Source: an uncultured Gemmatimonadaceae bacterium
GTDB taxonomy: Bacteria > Gemmatimonadota > Gemmatimonadetes > Gemmatimonadales > Gemmatimonadaceae
Assembly: GCA_963740355.1 (NCBI GenBank)
Contig: CAVUDW010000002.1
Span: 2,368,001 to 2,432,000, forward strand
DNA length: 64,000 nucleotides
Direction: 5' to 3'
The notes under the pieces were generated by a model. The model saw only the letters and a list, made by a program, of their open reading frames with translations, made no database searches and was not told the DNA's origin. The position numbers were made by a program, and so were the translations under genes. The first letter of the stretch is position 1. Each line of letters starts with the position of its first letter. This document shows positions 7,536 through 17,186 of this stretch, one piece after another.

Positions 7536-8477
7536 TCACCGCCCCGTGGACCAGAGCTGGGGCAACTGTGCGACGTCGAGCGGCGTCGGTGTGGCTTGCA
7601 ACCCGCCAAGCCACGCGGCTTCGCCCAGCACGCGCTGTGCGGTCCATCCCGCCGCACGGAGCGCGGCGATCGAGGTGTCCCCTTTCGATTTGCTCAGTTT
7701 CGTGCCATCGGGGTGCCGCACCAGTGGATGATGGAGCACAAGGGGTGGAGCTGAACCGTCGAGCGCTCGGCGCAGGAGCACCTGTCGACCGGTAGATGGC
7801 AACAGATCATCACCCCTGATGATCACATCCACGCCGTGCGCCATGTCGTCGACGACGACCGCGAACTGATACGTCCACTGTGCAAGCCGGTCGCGAAGCA
7901 GGAGATCGCCGCACTGACTGGCCGGTACCTGCTGCTGCGGGCCGTGCCGAAGGTCGTCGAACTCCACCGCCACGTCAGGCAGCACGAGCCGACGCGCGGG
8001 TGTCTCCGACAGCGGGACATTCGCGTCGCGACAGGTGCCGGGATACCGAAGCTCCGAGTCGCTCGTGCCGTGCGCTGCAATCTCGCGGCGGGAACAGCGG
8101 CAGGCATAGACGAAACTCGTGCGACTCAGCGCCGCCAACGCTGATGCATAGTGTTGCGCCCGCTCCGACTGTCGCACGGGATCGGCAATGCCGTGCGCGG
8201 CATTGTCGCTCTCGAGCCCAAGCCAGTCGAGATCCTCGAGAATGCCTGCGGCAAAGGTGGCTCTCGATCGCTGGGTGTCATGGTCCTCGATGCGCAGCAG
8301 CACGCTGCCGCCGAACGCCTTCGCCACGCTCCAGACGTACACCGCGTTCACGGCGTGGCCGAGATGGAGCTGGCCGGTCGGCGCCGGCGCGAATCGTGTG
8401 CGCCACCGCGTCGGCAGCCGCGTGGCCAGTCGCGCTCGAAGCGCCGTACGATCAGCTTCAGTCATGGCAGAAGTCAC
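7536..8477 (-). CDS. gluQ: Glutamyl-Q tRNA(Asp) synthetase
   Basis: RFAPAPTGQLHLGH, LRIEDHD, CRCSR..YPGTC, IRGDDL, KLSKS; about 310 aa with no anticodon domain. Confidence 0.88.
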   Translation of the reverse strand: MTSAMTEADRTALRARLATRLPTRWRTRFAPAPTGQLHLGHAVNAVYVWSVAKAFGGSVLLRIEDHDTQRSRATFAAGILEDLDWLGLESDNAAHGIADPVRQSERAQHYASALAALSRTSFVYACRCSRREIAAHGTSDSELRYPGTCRDANVPLSETPARRLVLPDVAVEFDDLRHGPQQQVPASQCGDLLLRDRLAQWTYQFAVVVDDMAHGVDVIIRGDDLLPSTGRQVLLRRALDGSAPPLVLHHPLVRHPDGTKLSKSKGDTSIAALRAAGWTAQRVLGEAAWLGGLQATPTPLDVAQLPQLWSTGR

Positions 8478-8535
8478 TGCGCGCGAATCTGCGCCAGTGA
8501 GGCAGCCGCCACAATGGTCTCCTCAGCCCCAGGTC

Positions 8536-9147
8536 ATGGCGTACGACAAGGCATACTTCGACAAGTGGTACCGCAGTCGTCAACATCGAGTCCGCAGCCC
8601 GGCGCAGATTCGCCGGATCGTGAATTTCACCGTCAGCGCTGCCGAGTACGTCCTCGATCGCCCCATCCGCACCGTGCTCGATGTTGGCGCCGGCGAGGGG
8701 CATTGGCAGCCGATCCTGAAGGCGATGCGGCCGCGACTGACGTACGTCGGCGTCGAACCCAGTCGGTACGCGGTCGATCGGTTCGGCAAGCGCCGCGGAC
8801 TGCGACTCGGCTCCGTGGAATCACTCGATGCGTTGCACTTGCACGAGCAATATCCCGAGGGGTTCGATCTGGTGGTCTGCTGCGGCGTGCTGAACTACGT
8901 GCCGAACCCTCTCATTGGATCGGCGCTCGAAATGCTGCAGGTGCATACCAGTGGCTTGGCCTGGCTCGAGATCTTCACCCAGCACGATGAAATCGAGGGG
9001 GATGTTGCAGCGCTCAAGCCGCGGCCTGCGTCATGGTATCGTGGCCAGTTCGAGCGCGCCGGCCTCGTGCCATGTGGGTTGCATCTGTACGCACCACGCG
9101 ATCGTGCGGCAGGCCTGACGGCGCTCGAGACTGGCCGCATCAGCTGA
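8536..9147 (+). CDS. Class I SAM-dependent methyltransferase
   Basis: VLDVGAGEG, GVEPS, FDLVVCCGVLNY; probable start MAYDKAYF. Confidence 0.88.
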   Translation: MAYDKAYFDKWYRSRQHRVRSPAQIRRIVNFTVSAAEYVLDRPIRTVLDVGAGEGHWQPILKAMRPRLTYVGVEPSRYAVDRFGKRRGLRLGSVESLDALHLHEQYPEGFDLVVCCGVLNYVPNPLIGSALEMLQVHTSGLAWLEIFTQHDEIEGDVAALKPRPASWYRGQFERAGLVPCGLHLYAPRDRAAGLTALETGRIS

Positions 9148-9210
9148 CCGACGCACCGTTTGCTGTCCGTTCATTTTCTGTTGTCCGTCCCACTTTGCGC
9201 CCCGTCTCAC

Positions 9211-12200
9211 ATGCGCTCGATATTGCTCGCCCTGACCGTGTTCTCTGCGACGACCATTGGTATGGCGCCGTCGCTTTCCGCGCAGTCGGTCGATTCGACG
9301 ATGTTCCAACAGCTGCGGTGGCGAAACATCGGGCCACATCGTGGCGGACGCACGGTTGGCGCGGCGGGCGTTCCCCAGCGGCCCGGTTGGTTCTACATCG
9401 GCGTGAACAATGGTGGCGTCTGGCGCACGACCGACTATGGCAGAGTCTGGACGCCGATCTTCGATGACCAGCCGACCGGCTCTATCGGTGACATAGCGGT
9501 CGCACCATCCAACCCGGATGTGCTTTGGGTTGGCAGCGGGGAAGGGCTGCAGCGCCCGGATCTATCCACCGGCGACGGAGTGTATCGGTCGGAAGATGGT
9601 GGACGCAGTTGGGTCAATACCGGACTGCGTGACGCGCAGCAGATCGCGCGTGTCGTCGTGCACCCAACTGATCCGCGTCGTGTCTTCGTGGCGGCGCTGG
9701 GCCACCCGTATGGGCCCAATACCGAGCGTGGCATCTTCCGCACGCAGGACAATGGCGCGACCTGGGAACGCGTGCTCTATCTGGATGAAAACACCGGCGG
9801 CATCGATCTCGCGCTCGAACCCGGCAATCCGTCGGTCGTCTACGCAGTGCTCTGGTCCGCGCGGCAGGCGCCGTGGGAGGTCGGTTCGTCCTGGACGAAA
9901 TCGTCACAGAATGGACTGTACAAGAGCAGCGATGGCGGGACGACATGGCGCAAGATCGGCAATGGGCTGCCGTCGGCGGCCGACGGCCTTGGTCGCATCG
10001 GCATCTCGACGTCGGACAGTCGACCGAATCGCCTCTATGCAGTCGTCGGGAGTCGTGTGAAGAGCGGGATCTATCGATCCGACGATGCAGGCGAGAACTG
10101 GACGATGGTGAATGCCGATCGTCGCCTCTGGGAGCGGGATGGCGACTTCAACGAGATTCGTGCCGATCCGTCGAACGCAGACGTGGCCTACATCGCAAAC
10201 GTCGTCACGTGGAAGACCACGGATGGCGGCGCCACCTTCACGGCGATGCGCGGTGCACCGGGTGGTGATGACTATCACCGCATCTGGGTGCACCCCACCG
10301 ATCCGCGACAGTTGCTCATTACCAGCGACCAGGGGGCGATCATCACCGTCAATGGTGGTGAGACCTTCAGCAGTTGGTACAACCAGCCTACCGCACAGCT
10401 CTATCACGTGAGCGCTGACAATGCCTTCCCGTATCGGGTCTGCGGCGGACAGCAGGAGTCTGGCTCGGCCTGTGTTGCGAGCCGCGGCCGGTATGGGCAG
10501 CTCTCGCTGCGTGACTGGACGCCGGTCGGCGTCGAGGAATACGGCTACGCGGTGGCTGATCCGAAGGACCCGGAGATCGTGTACGGTGGCAAGGTGACCC
10601 GGTTCAATCGCCGGACGGGACAGGTGCAACAGGTCGGCCCCAAGCCGCTGCGTGAACCGGGGTATCGGGTTGTGCGTACCGCGCCAGTCGTGTTCTCCGA
10701 GTACGACTCGACGACACTCTATTTCGCGTCGAACGTGCTCTGGTCGACGCGGAACGGTGGCCGCACCTGGGCACAGCGCTCGCCAGACCTGACGCGCCCT
10801 CGCACGACGGTTCCCGGAAACCTTGGCGTGTTCACGGCAGATGATCCGGAGAAGGGCGCCCATCGCGGTGTCATCTACACCATCGCGCCATCACCACGTG
10901 ATCCGCGCGTCGTGTGGGTCGGCACCGACGATGGGCTGATTCACGTCACCAGCGACAGTGGGAAGACCTGGCGTGACGTGACACCACCGCAACTCACGCC
11001 GTGGTCGAAGATCTCGATCATCGATGCCTCGCACTTCGACGCGAACGTGGCATACGCCGCAGTGAATACCTTCCGGCTCGATGACCTGCGCGCGCAGATT
11101 TTCCGCACGCGCGACAAGGGGCGGACATGGGAACGTGTAGTGACTGGAATCCCGGACGGCGGCATCGTCAACGTGGTGCGCGAAGATCCCGTGCGGCGCG
11201 GCTTGCTATTCGCAGGCACGGAGCGCGCCGTGTACATGACGCTCGACGACGGCGCGCATTGGCAGTCACTGCGTCGTAACATGCCCGCAACATCGATTCG
11301 CGATCTCGTAGTGAAGGACGAAGACCTCGTCGTCGCGACGCACGGCCGCTCGTACTGGATTCTCGACGGCATCGCGTCGTTGCGCCGAATGCCGCTCACT
11401 GGACCGACGGCCCCCGCGCTCTACCCGAGCGAGTTTGCGTGGCGGGTGCGCTGGAATCTCAACACCGACACCCCGATCCCGCAGGAAGAGCCGGCAGGGC
11501 AGAACGCCCCCGAGGGTGTTGCGCTGGACTACACGCTGCCCGCAGCGGCGCAGCGCGTTCAGATCGATATTCTCGATGCCGGCGGTGAGCTGGTCAGGCG
11601 ATACACGAGTGCGGACGCGATCGCCCCGCCTCTCCCGGACCGCAACATCCCCGACTACTGGATCAGGCCTCCGACGGTCGTGAGCTCGGCCGCTGGCAGC
11701 CATCGGCTCTACTGGGACATGCGATTTGCACCCTCGTCCAACGCCGACCTCAGCTATCCGATCGCTGCAGTGCTTCACGACACGCCGGCCGATCCGCGTG
11801 GCGCAATGGCTCCGCCCGGTTCGTACCGAGTGCGGTTGACGGTCGACGGCGTCACGATCGAACGTCCGTTGCGGCTGCGGGCCGACCCAATGCTTCGCGT
11901 GAGCGAGGCCACCCTTCGCGCGCAGGGTCGCCTGGCGCGCACTCTCAGTGATGGGCTCACCCGTGCGGGATCGGCTCTTGCACAGCTGGCTGACGTCCGG
12001 AAGGCAATTGCTGCTCGTCAGGCCACGAACAAGGCCGTTGGGGTGCTCAGCCGTCTCGACTCGCTCACGCGGGCGGTGGAGGGCGGGAACAACGGCATTG
12101 CCCCAGCCGCTCGACTGCTACCGGAACTCCAGCAGCTGTTCGAGCAGGTGGATTCGGTGGATGAGTTGCCGACTACAGCGGTCTCTGCCGCAGTCAAGGA

Positions 12201-12324
12201 ACGTTTGGCGAGGATGGCGGCGCTCGAAAGTGGCGTCGCCGCGCTTCAAAAGGTTATCAATCGTGAGATCAATCCGTCTCTCAGGGAGGCGGGGCTCGAC
12301 CCGATCGGCTCGACGAACCGCTGA
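9211..12324 (+). CDS. Secreted VPS10/sortilin-like BNR (Asp-box) repeat beta-propeller protein
   Basis: Signal peptide, LRWRNIGPHRGGR, many S-x-D-G-G-x-(S/T)-W Asp-boxes, helical C-terminus. Confidence 0.9.
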   Translation: MRSILLALTVFSATTIGMAPSLSAQSVDSTMFQQLRWRNIGPHRGGRTVGAAGVPQRPGWFYIGVNNGGVWRTTDYGRVWTPIFDDQPTGSIGDIAVAPSNPDVLWVGSGEGLQRPDLSTGDGVYRSEDGGRSWVNTGLRDAQQIARVVVHPTDPRRVFVAALGHPYGPNTERGIFRTQDNGATWERVLYLDENTGGIDLALEPGNPSVVYAVLWSARQAPWEVGSSWTKSSQNGLYKSSDGGTTWRKIGNGLPSAADGLGRIGISTSDSRPNRLYAVVGSRVKSGIYRSDDAGENWTMVNADRRLWERDGDFNEIRADPSNADVAYIANVVTWKTTDGGATFTAMRGAPGGDDYHRIWVHPTDPRQLLITSDQGAIITVNGGETFSSWYNQPTAQLYHVSADNAFPYRVCGGQQESGSACVASRGRYGQLSLRDWTPVGVEEYGYAVADPKDPEIVYGGKVTRFNRRTGQVQQVGPKPLREPGYRVVRTAPVVFSEYDSTTLYFASNVLWSTRNGGRTWAQRSPDLTRPRTTVPGNLGVFTADDPEKGAHRGVIYTIAPSPRDPRVVWVGTDDGLIHVTSDSGKTWRDVTPPQLTPWSKISIIDASHFDANVAYAAVNTFRLDDLRAQIFRTRDKGRTWERVVTGIPDGGIVNVVREDPVRRGLLFAGTERAVYMTLDDGAHWQSLRRNMPATSIRDLVVKDEDLVVATHGRSYWILDGIASLRRMPLTGPTAPALYPSEFAWRVRWNLNTDTPIPQEEPAGQNAPEGVALDYTLPAAAQRVQIDILDAGGELVRRYTSADAIAPPLPDRNIPDYWIRPPTVVSSAAGSHRLYWDMRFAPSSNADLSYPIAAVLHDTPADPRGAMAPPGSYRVRLTVDGVTIERPLRLRADPMLRVSEATLRAQGRLARTLSDGLTRAGSALAQLADVRKAIAARQATNKAVGVLSRLDSLTRAVEGGNNGIAPAARLLPELQQLFEQVDSVDELPTTAVSAAVKERLARMAALESGVAALQKVINREINPSLREAGLDPIGSTNR

Positions 12325-12481
12325 GGCGGCTCTAAATTAGAAAGTTCTGATACTTTGCGCCGGTGGAAGTCGTCTGGTATTGGGCGGGGCATCCGCCAAG
12401 CTTTCGGCACTGGTCGATCGATCTGAGTGCCTCACTCCTTCCGTTGTACTGCACCGTGATTGCGACGTAGCGATCACAGGG

Positions 12482-13495
12482 ATGGATCCAGTGGGAATGG
12501 CAGCGCGATCCGATTACGACGCTCACGCCGGCTTTGTCGGTGCGGCGCGTCTCGCTTGGCAGGGGCCGCATCCCTGGCATCAGGGTGAGCGCGTGTGGAG
12601 CACGACGAACAGTCAACTCGATGTGTGGATCGAGCTGCTGCATACGCTCAACCTCGATCCGGCGCCTGTACTGCTGCCGACGCTTTGCGCCGACTTCGAG
12701 GGCGACCAGTGGACACACTCTACTGTCGCACCGGCCGATCTCTGGGCCTGCTACGGCATCGCTGTCGACGAGATGTTCGTGTGGCGTCCATTGCTGGCGC
12801 ACTTCGTCGAACAGCTCGACCGCGGTAACGCCGTGCTGGTCGAGGTCGATGAGTTCCACCTTCCTGACATGGTTGGCAGCAGCTACCAGCGCGCACACTG
12901 CAAGACGGTGATCGCGGTGACCGGCTACGACCGTAACGCGCACCGGTTGCGATACCTGCACGGTGCCGGTGGTGCCGAAGTCGACGGGGACGATCTCGAC
13001 GCGCTGATCACGGCGGGCATTGGCAGCGCCCAGCTGGCGCCGACCGCACGCATCGTGAAGCTGGATCGGCTTGCCCCACGGACGGATGCAGAACGGGCGG
13101 TTCTTGGAGTTGCACTCGCGCGCTTTCACGCCACTCGACTTCCAGTGCGTAATCCGGTGCGCGCCTTCGCCGACGCGCTCCGCGCGCATGGTGCCTGGTT
13201 GGCCGGTGGCGATGCGGAGCACTACCAGAAATGGGCCTTCGCGACGCTGCAGCAATGCGGTGCGGCGTTCGAGCTCAGTGCGGATGTCTGCGCCTGGCTG
13301 GCGAAGCATGGCGAGCCAGTCGAGGGTGCTGTCGCGCCGCTGCGTGCCGTGTCGCAGTCGGCGCGGGTGCTGCACCAGCGTCTCGTGCGCGTGTCACAGT
13401 CAGGGCGCATGCCCGATGTCTCGGCGACCACCGACGACATGGCGCGCGCCTGGGATGATGCGATGGCAATCCTGCGACCGCGCTACGCCGACTGA
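12482..13495 (+). CDS. DUF1839-family protein
   Basis: ERVWSTTNSQLDVWIELLHTLNLDP, DFEGDQWT, VEVDEFHLPD, NPVRAF, FATLQQCGAAFEL match the family as recalled; start uncertain (12482 or 12497). Confidence 0.75.
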   Translation: MDPVGMAARSDYDAHAGFVGAARLAWQGPHPWHQGERVWSTTNSQLDVWIELLHTLNLDPAPVLLPTLCADFEGDQWTHSTVAPADLWACYGIAVDEMFVWRPLLAHFVEQLDRGNAVLVEVDEFHLPDMVGSSYQRAHCKTVIAVTGYDRNAHRLRYLHGAGGAEVDGDDLDALITAGIGSAQLAPTARIVKLDRLAPRTDAERAVLGVALARFHATRLPVRNPVRAFADALRAHGAWLAGGDAEHYQKWAFATLQQCGAAFELSADVCAWLAKHGEPVEGAVAPLRAVSQSARVLHQRLVRVSQSGRMPDVSATTDDMARAWDDAMAILRPRYAD

Positions 13496-14043
13496 TCGCG
13501 CACGTGACTGAAGGGCGTCAGTCGGCTCCAGTCGAGCTGCCGCTGTCGCACTGAAAAGCGCTGTGCACAGGCGGCAAGCGCAACATCTGCCACGGATTCG
13601 CTTCCGGCGGCGCAGTGAATCCAAAGAAGGGCGTGCCCGTCTGATGCGCTCAAAGCGACGCTGGTCGGCGACCCGAAACGAACTGTCGCGCGCGGGACAC
13701 GGTCATCCGAAGCCGCATCGACGAGGGCTGTAAGCGGCGCGACCTCAGCAGGCGTGACGCCGATCAGGCGCGACAACAACGATGGCTTCGCGCTCGACGC
13801 GACCCGATCCGCCGGACCCGCGACCGATTCGATTGTGCGCAGAAGTTCGTCGCACAATGCTGTGAAATCTTCGTCCCATCGGGCATCGGTGTCGCCAAAC
13901 TCATCGAAGCCCGCCTCCGACATGCACACGTCGGCATTCACCGGTGTCGGCCAGATGACGATGCAACGCGTCGCCAGCATCGCGTCCATTGGTGCGACGT
14001 CCAGCGGCACGTCATCCCAGTAGACGGCTGTGATCTCGCTCAC
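13483..14043 (-). CDS. Hypothetical protein
   Basis: Protein-like from GTG 14043 (MSEITAVYWDD...); follows the aminotransferase gene. Confidence 0.6.
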   Translation of the reverse strand: MSEITAVYWDDVPLDVAPMDAMLATRCIVIWPTPVNADVCMSEAGFDEFGDTDARWDEDFTALCDELLRTIESVAGPADRVASSAKPSLLSRLIGVTPAEVAPLTALVDAASDDRVPRATVRFGSPTSVALSASDGHALLWIHCAAGSESVADVALAACAQRFSVRQRQLDWSRLTPFSHVRDQSA

Positions 14044-14068
14044 GCTACGACCGTCGTCGCGACGGGGA

Positions 14069-15169
14069 TCACCGTCCGAGCTGACGGGCGAGCACACGGC
14101 GCACCGCTGCCAGGCAGCCCGCGAGTCCGGTGACCGTATGATCGCCCATGTGCCCGATTCGGATCGTCTTCTCGCGAAGCGGACCGTATCCAGCGCCGAT
14201 GACATAGCCTTCATCGGCCACGCCGGCCGCAACGGTGCTGCCCTTCAGTGCGGGTGGCAGCGTGATGCAGGTCACGGTTGGTGAACGGCCGGACGCTGGA
14301 GCGAGGACGCCGAAATCCGGGTCGAACTCGTCGCGCAAGGTCGATGCCCACTCCAGCGTCAACGCCTGCATCTGCCGATGGCGATCCCACCGTTGCTCGA
14401 TGCCTTCCGCCGCAATCGCCTCGACCTGCGCCGCCAGCGCGTAAAAGAGCGAGATGGCCGGCGTGTTCGGCGTCTGGTTCTTCACCGCGTACTTCTCGAA
14501 TTCCACGAGATCGAAGTAGGTGCCGCGATCAACGTTGTCTGCCGCTGCAGCGATGAACGATGCACTCGCAACACCGAGCGCGAGGCCAGGCGGCAGTGCC
14601 AGCGCCTTCTGCGATCCGGTGAACGCAAAGTCGAGCTGCCATGCGTCGGTCTCGAGTGGTGCGCCCGCGAGGCCAGTCACACTGTCCACCAGTATCACAC
14701 CCCCGCCGGCGTGGACCGCGCGAGCAATGCTCTCGATGTCATTCATCGCGCCGGTGGAAGTTTCGGAATGCGTCAGCGTCACCACGCGTGCACCAGTCGA
14801 TTCCATCAATTGCGCGACCTGCTCGGCCGTGTGATGCAAACCGAGCGGGATGTCATCGCGAACTACGTCCCGCCCACAGCTCGAGGCCACCTGTGCGAAC
14901 CGTTCGGAAAAGGCGCCATTCACCAGCGACAGCACGCGACCTGCAGGTGCGCAGCGAATGGCGCCCTCCATCAGTCCCGTCGCGGACGCCGATGCGATGT
15001 AGACGGGGCGCGTTGTCCGGAAGATCGTTCGCAGCCCCGCATCGCAGCGAGCGTAAATTGACTCGAAGGCGGCGCCGCGATGCGGCAGCATGGGACGCGT
15101 CAACTCTGCCAGAATCTCCGGACGTACTTCCGTTGGTCCGGGGAGAAAAAAGGTGCCGTCTGTCAGCAT
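14069..15169 (-). CDS. Class V PLP aminotransferase (AGT/serine-pyruvate type), probable phosphoserine aminotransferase
   Basis: FLPGPT, HSETSTG, VDSVTG, TGSQKALALPPG, IRIGHMG; operon context. Confidence 0.88.
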   Translation of the reverse strand: MLTDGTFFLPGPTEVRPEILAELTRPMLPHRGAAFESIYARCDAGLRTIFRTTRPVYIASASATGLMEGAIRCAPAGRVLSLVNGAFSERFAQVASSCGRDVVRDDIPLGLHHTAEQVAQLMESTGARVVTLTHSETSTGAMNDIESIARAVHAGGGVILVDSVTGLAGAPLETDAWQLDFAFTGSQKALALPPGLALGVASASFIAAAADNVDRGTYFDLVEFEKYAVKNQTPNTPAISLFYALAAQVEAIAAEGIEQRWDRHRQMQALTLEWASTLRDEFDPDFGVLAPASGRSPTVTCITLPPALKGSTVAAGVADEGYVIGAGYGPLREKTIRIGHMGDHTVTGLAGCLAAVRRVLARQLGR

Positions 15170-15816
15170 CAGGATCCGAGCACGATTGGAGTGAGCGATG
15201 CAAAGTCCGCAACTTCACCGGCGGCGCGCGCCACCACGGTCTCGCGACGCACGATCCCGGTGAACGCGAGGAATCGGTCCACCGTCGACACGAGTTCTGC
15301 ATCGGTTGCACCGTCGCCGACCGCAAGAACCGGCCGGGGCAGCGAGAGCGACTGGACCACGATGGGCTTCCCACCACGACGCGCCAGCGGCGAGTTTTCG
15401 CGGACCGCAGTGGCAAGATCGTCCGCGTCATACTCGACGTCCACGGCCCACACGTCACCGGGCTCGATCCCGAGCCACTCGGCGAGCGGAAGCAACGCGT
15501 CGCGCAATCCGCCACTGACCAGCACCACGCGTACGCCTGCCTGTCGCCACGAGCGCACGGCGGCCTGGACACCAGGCAGTGCCATGTCGATATACACGCG
15601 CGATAGTTCCAGGATTTCAGCGCGCGACGGTCGGATGATCTGGAGACGCCGGCCATACACTTCATCCAATGGCACGCGTGACTCCATGGCATCCGCGGTC
15701 AGCGCGGCAACGGTGCTCGCCACACGCTGATCACGTTGCTCAGCCAACCAATCGATGCCCTCGATGGCCGACACGGTCGAGTCGACATCGAGCACGACCG
15801 ACTTGAACTGCGTCAC
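15169..15816 (-). CDS. serB: HAD-IB phosphoserine phosphatase
   Basis: DVDSTVSAIEGID, LVSGG, GK, VGDGATD. Confidence 0.85.
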   Translation of the reverse strand: MTQFKSVVLDVDSTVSAIEGIDWLAEQRDQRVASTVAALTADAMESRVPLDEVYGRRLQIIRPSRAEILELSRVYIDMALPGVQAAVRSWRQAGVRVVLVSGGLRDALLPLAEWLGIEPGDVWAVDVEYDADDLATAVRENSPLARRGGKPIVVQSLSLPRPVLAVGDGATDAELVSTVDRFLAFTGIVRRETVVARAAGEVADFASLTPIVLGS

Positions 15817-17186
15817 AGGATGTTGCCCTGTGCCAGGAGGTTATGCGGATCGAGCTCACGCTTGATCGCACGCATCATGGCTTGCTGTGTTCCCGACATC
15901 TGCAACGGCAGCCAACGCGACTTGATCTTGCCGATGCCGTGCTCGGCTGCGACTGTGCCGCCGAGTGCAATCACGGCGCGCAGCGTCTCGCTGACGGCAT
16001 CGGTGATCAGCTCCCGTTCCGCAGTGTCGCGCGCAATGAAGTTCTGATGCGGATGGCCGTTGCCCGCGTGGCCAAAGGTGACCGGCGGCTCGAGTCCGCG
16101 CGATGCGACGGCCGCGCGTGACGCCGCGAGTGCGTCACCCAGCCGATGATACGGGACGGCCCAGTCGGTCGAGATGCGCCGGCCACCATTTGCGCGATGG
16201 GGCGCGGCGCGCTCATGCATCGTGGCTGGCACGGCATGTCGCAGCCGGCGCGCGTCGCGCAGCGCTGCCTCGGTGTCGTACACGCGAATGTCGTCATCCA
16301 GCGCGTGGTGATACATGGCAAGCTCGAGCCACGCGTCCAGCGGCGGTTCGTCGGCGTCTCGTCCTGACAACTCGGTATAGATCAACGCCTGCGCGCTGGT
16401 CGCCCATCCTGCGTCCTGCGCCGCAACGCGCGCAATCGACAGCGCGCCGGCATCGAGGAACTCGAGACAGCGAGGGGAGAGCTCGGCAGATTCACGTGCC
16501 GCGATCACGAACGCCAGCGCGTCGGACTCGGTCGGGAAGGGGATCGAAAGGCCGATGACCCACGCGGGCAGCGGAAGCAACGACAACTCAGCTTCCAGTA
16601 TGACGCCGAGTGTGCCTTCGCTGCCCACGAACCAGTCCACCAGGTCGTGCACTGGTGCGTATCCCACCGTGTTCTTCTCGAGGGACGGGCGACGTAACTC
16701 GAGGACATCACCGTTGATCAGTGCGACGGTCAGCCCTCGCACATGATTGCGAATTGGGCCGTAGCGCAATGAACGAGCGCCAGACGCGTTGCACGCGATC
16801 GCTCCACCAATCGTGCAATCCTCTTCGCTGGTGGGATCGGGCGCCAGCAGGAATCCGTCCGACGCAAGCGTTCGCTTCAGCGGACCTAGCAACTCACCAG
16901 CCCCGACGCGCACGGTGCGCGCTGCCCGATCGATGTCATGAATGCCAGCGACGTTACGCAGTGACAGCAACATCCCGCGATCCGTCAGCGACGCCGCTGT
17001 CGTGCTGGTCTGTCCGCCGGCTGTCGTCACGGGGGTGCGATCACGCGTGGCCTCGACGAGCAGCTCCACGACCTCGCCACGCGCTGACGGCCGCGCGACG
17101 GAGTCTGGAATCAGTTCCAACCCAGACGCGTCACGGCTGACACTCTGTCGGACATCGACATCGGTCGTGACGAGTGCGCTGGTCAT
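15813..17186 (-). CDS. FAD-linked oxidoreductase (GlcD / D-2-hydroxyacid dehydrogenase family)
   Basis: TIGGAIACNASGARSLRYG, GSEGTLGVI, FGHAGNGHPH, AEHGIG, LDPHNLL. Confidence 0.88.
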   Translation of the reverse strand: MTSALVTTDVDVRQSVSRDASGLELIPDSVARPSARGEVVELLVEATRDRTPVTTAGGQTSTTAASLTDRGMLLSLRNVAGIHDIDRAARTVRVGAGELLGPLKRTLASDGFLLAPDPTSEEDCTIGGAIACNASGARSLRYGPIRNHVRGLTVALINGDVLELRRPSLEKNTVGYAPVHDLVDWFVGSEGTLGVILEAELSLLPLPAWVIGLSIPFPTESDALAFVIAARESAELSPRCLEFLDAGALSIARVAAQDAGWATSAQALIYTELSGRDADEPPLDAWLELAMYHHALDDDIRVYDTEAALRDARRLRHAVPATMHERAAPHRANGGRRISTDWAVPYHRLGDALAASRAAVASRGLEPPVTFGHAGNGHPHQNFIARDTAERELITDAVSETLRAVIALGGTVAAEHGIGKIKSRWLPLQMSGTQQAMMRAIKRELDPHNLLAQGNIL

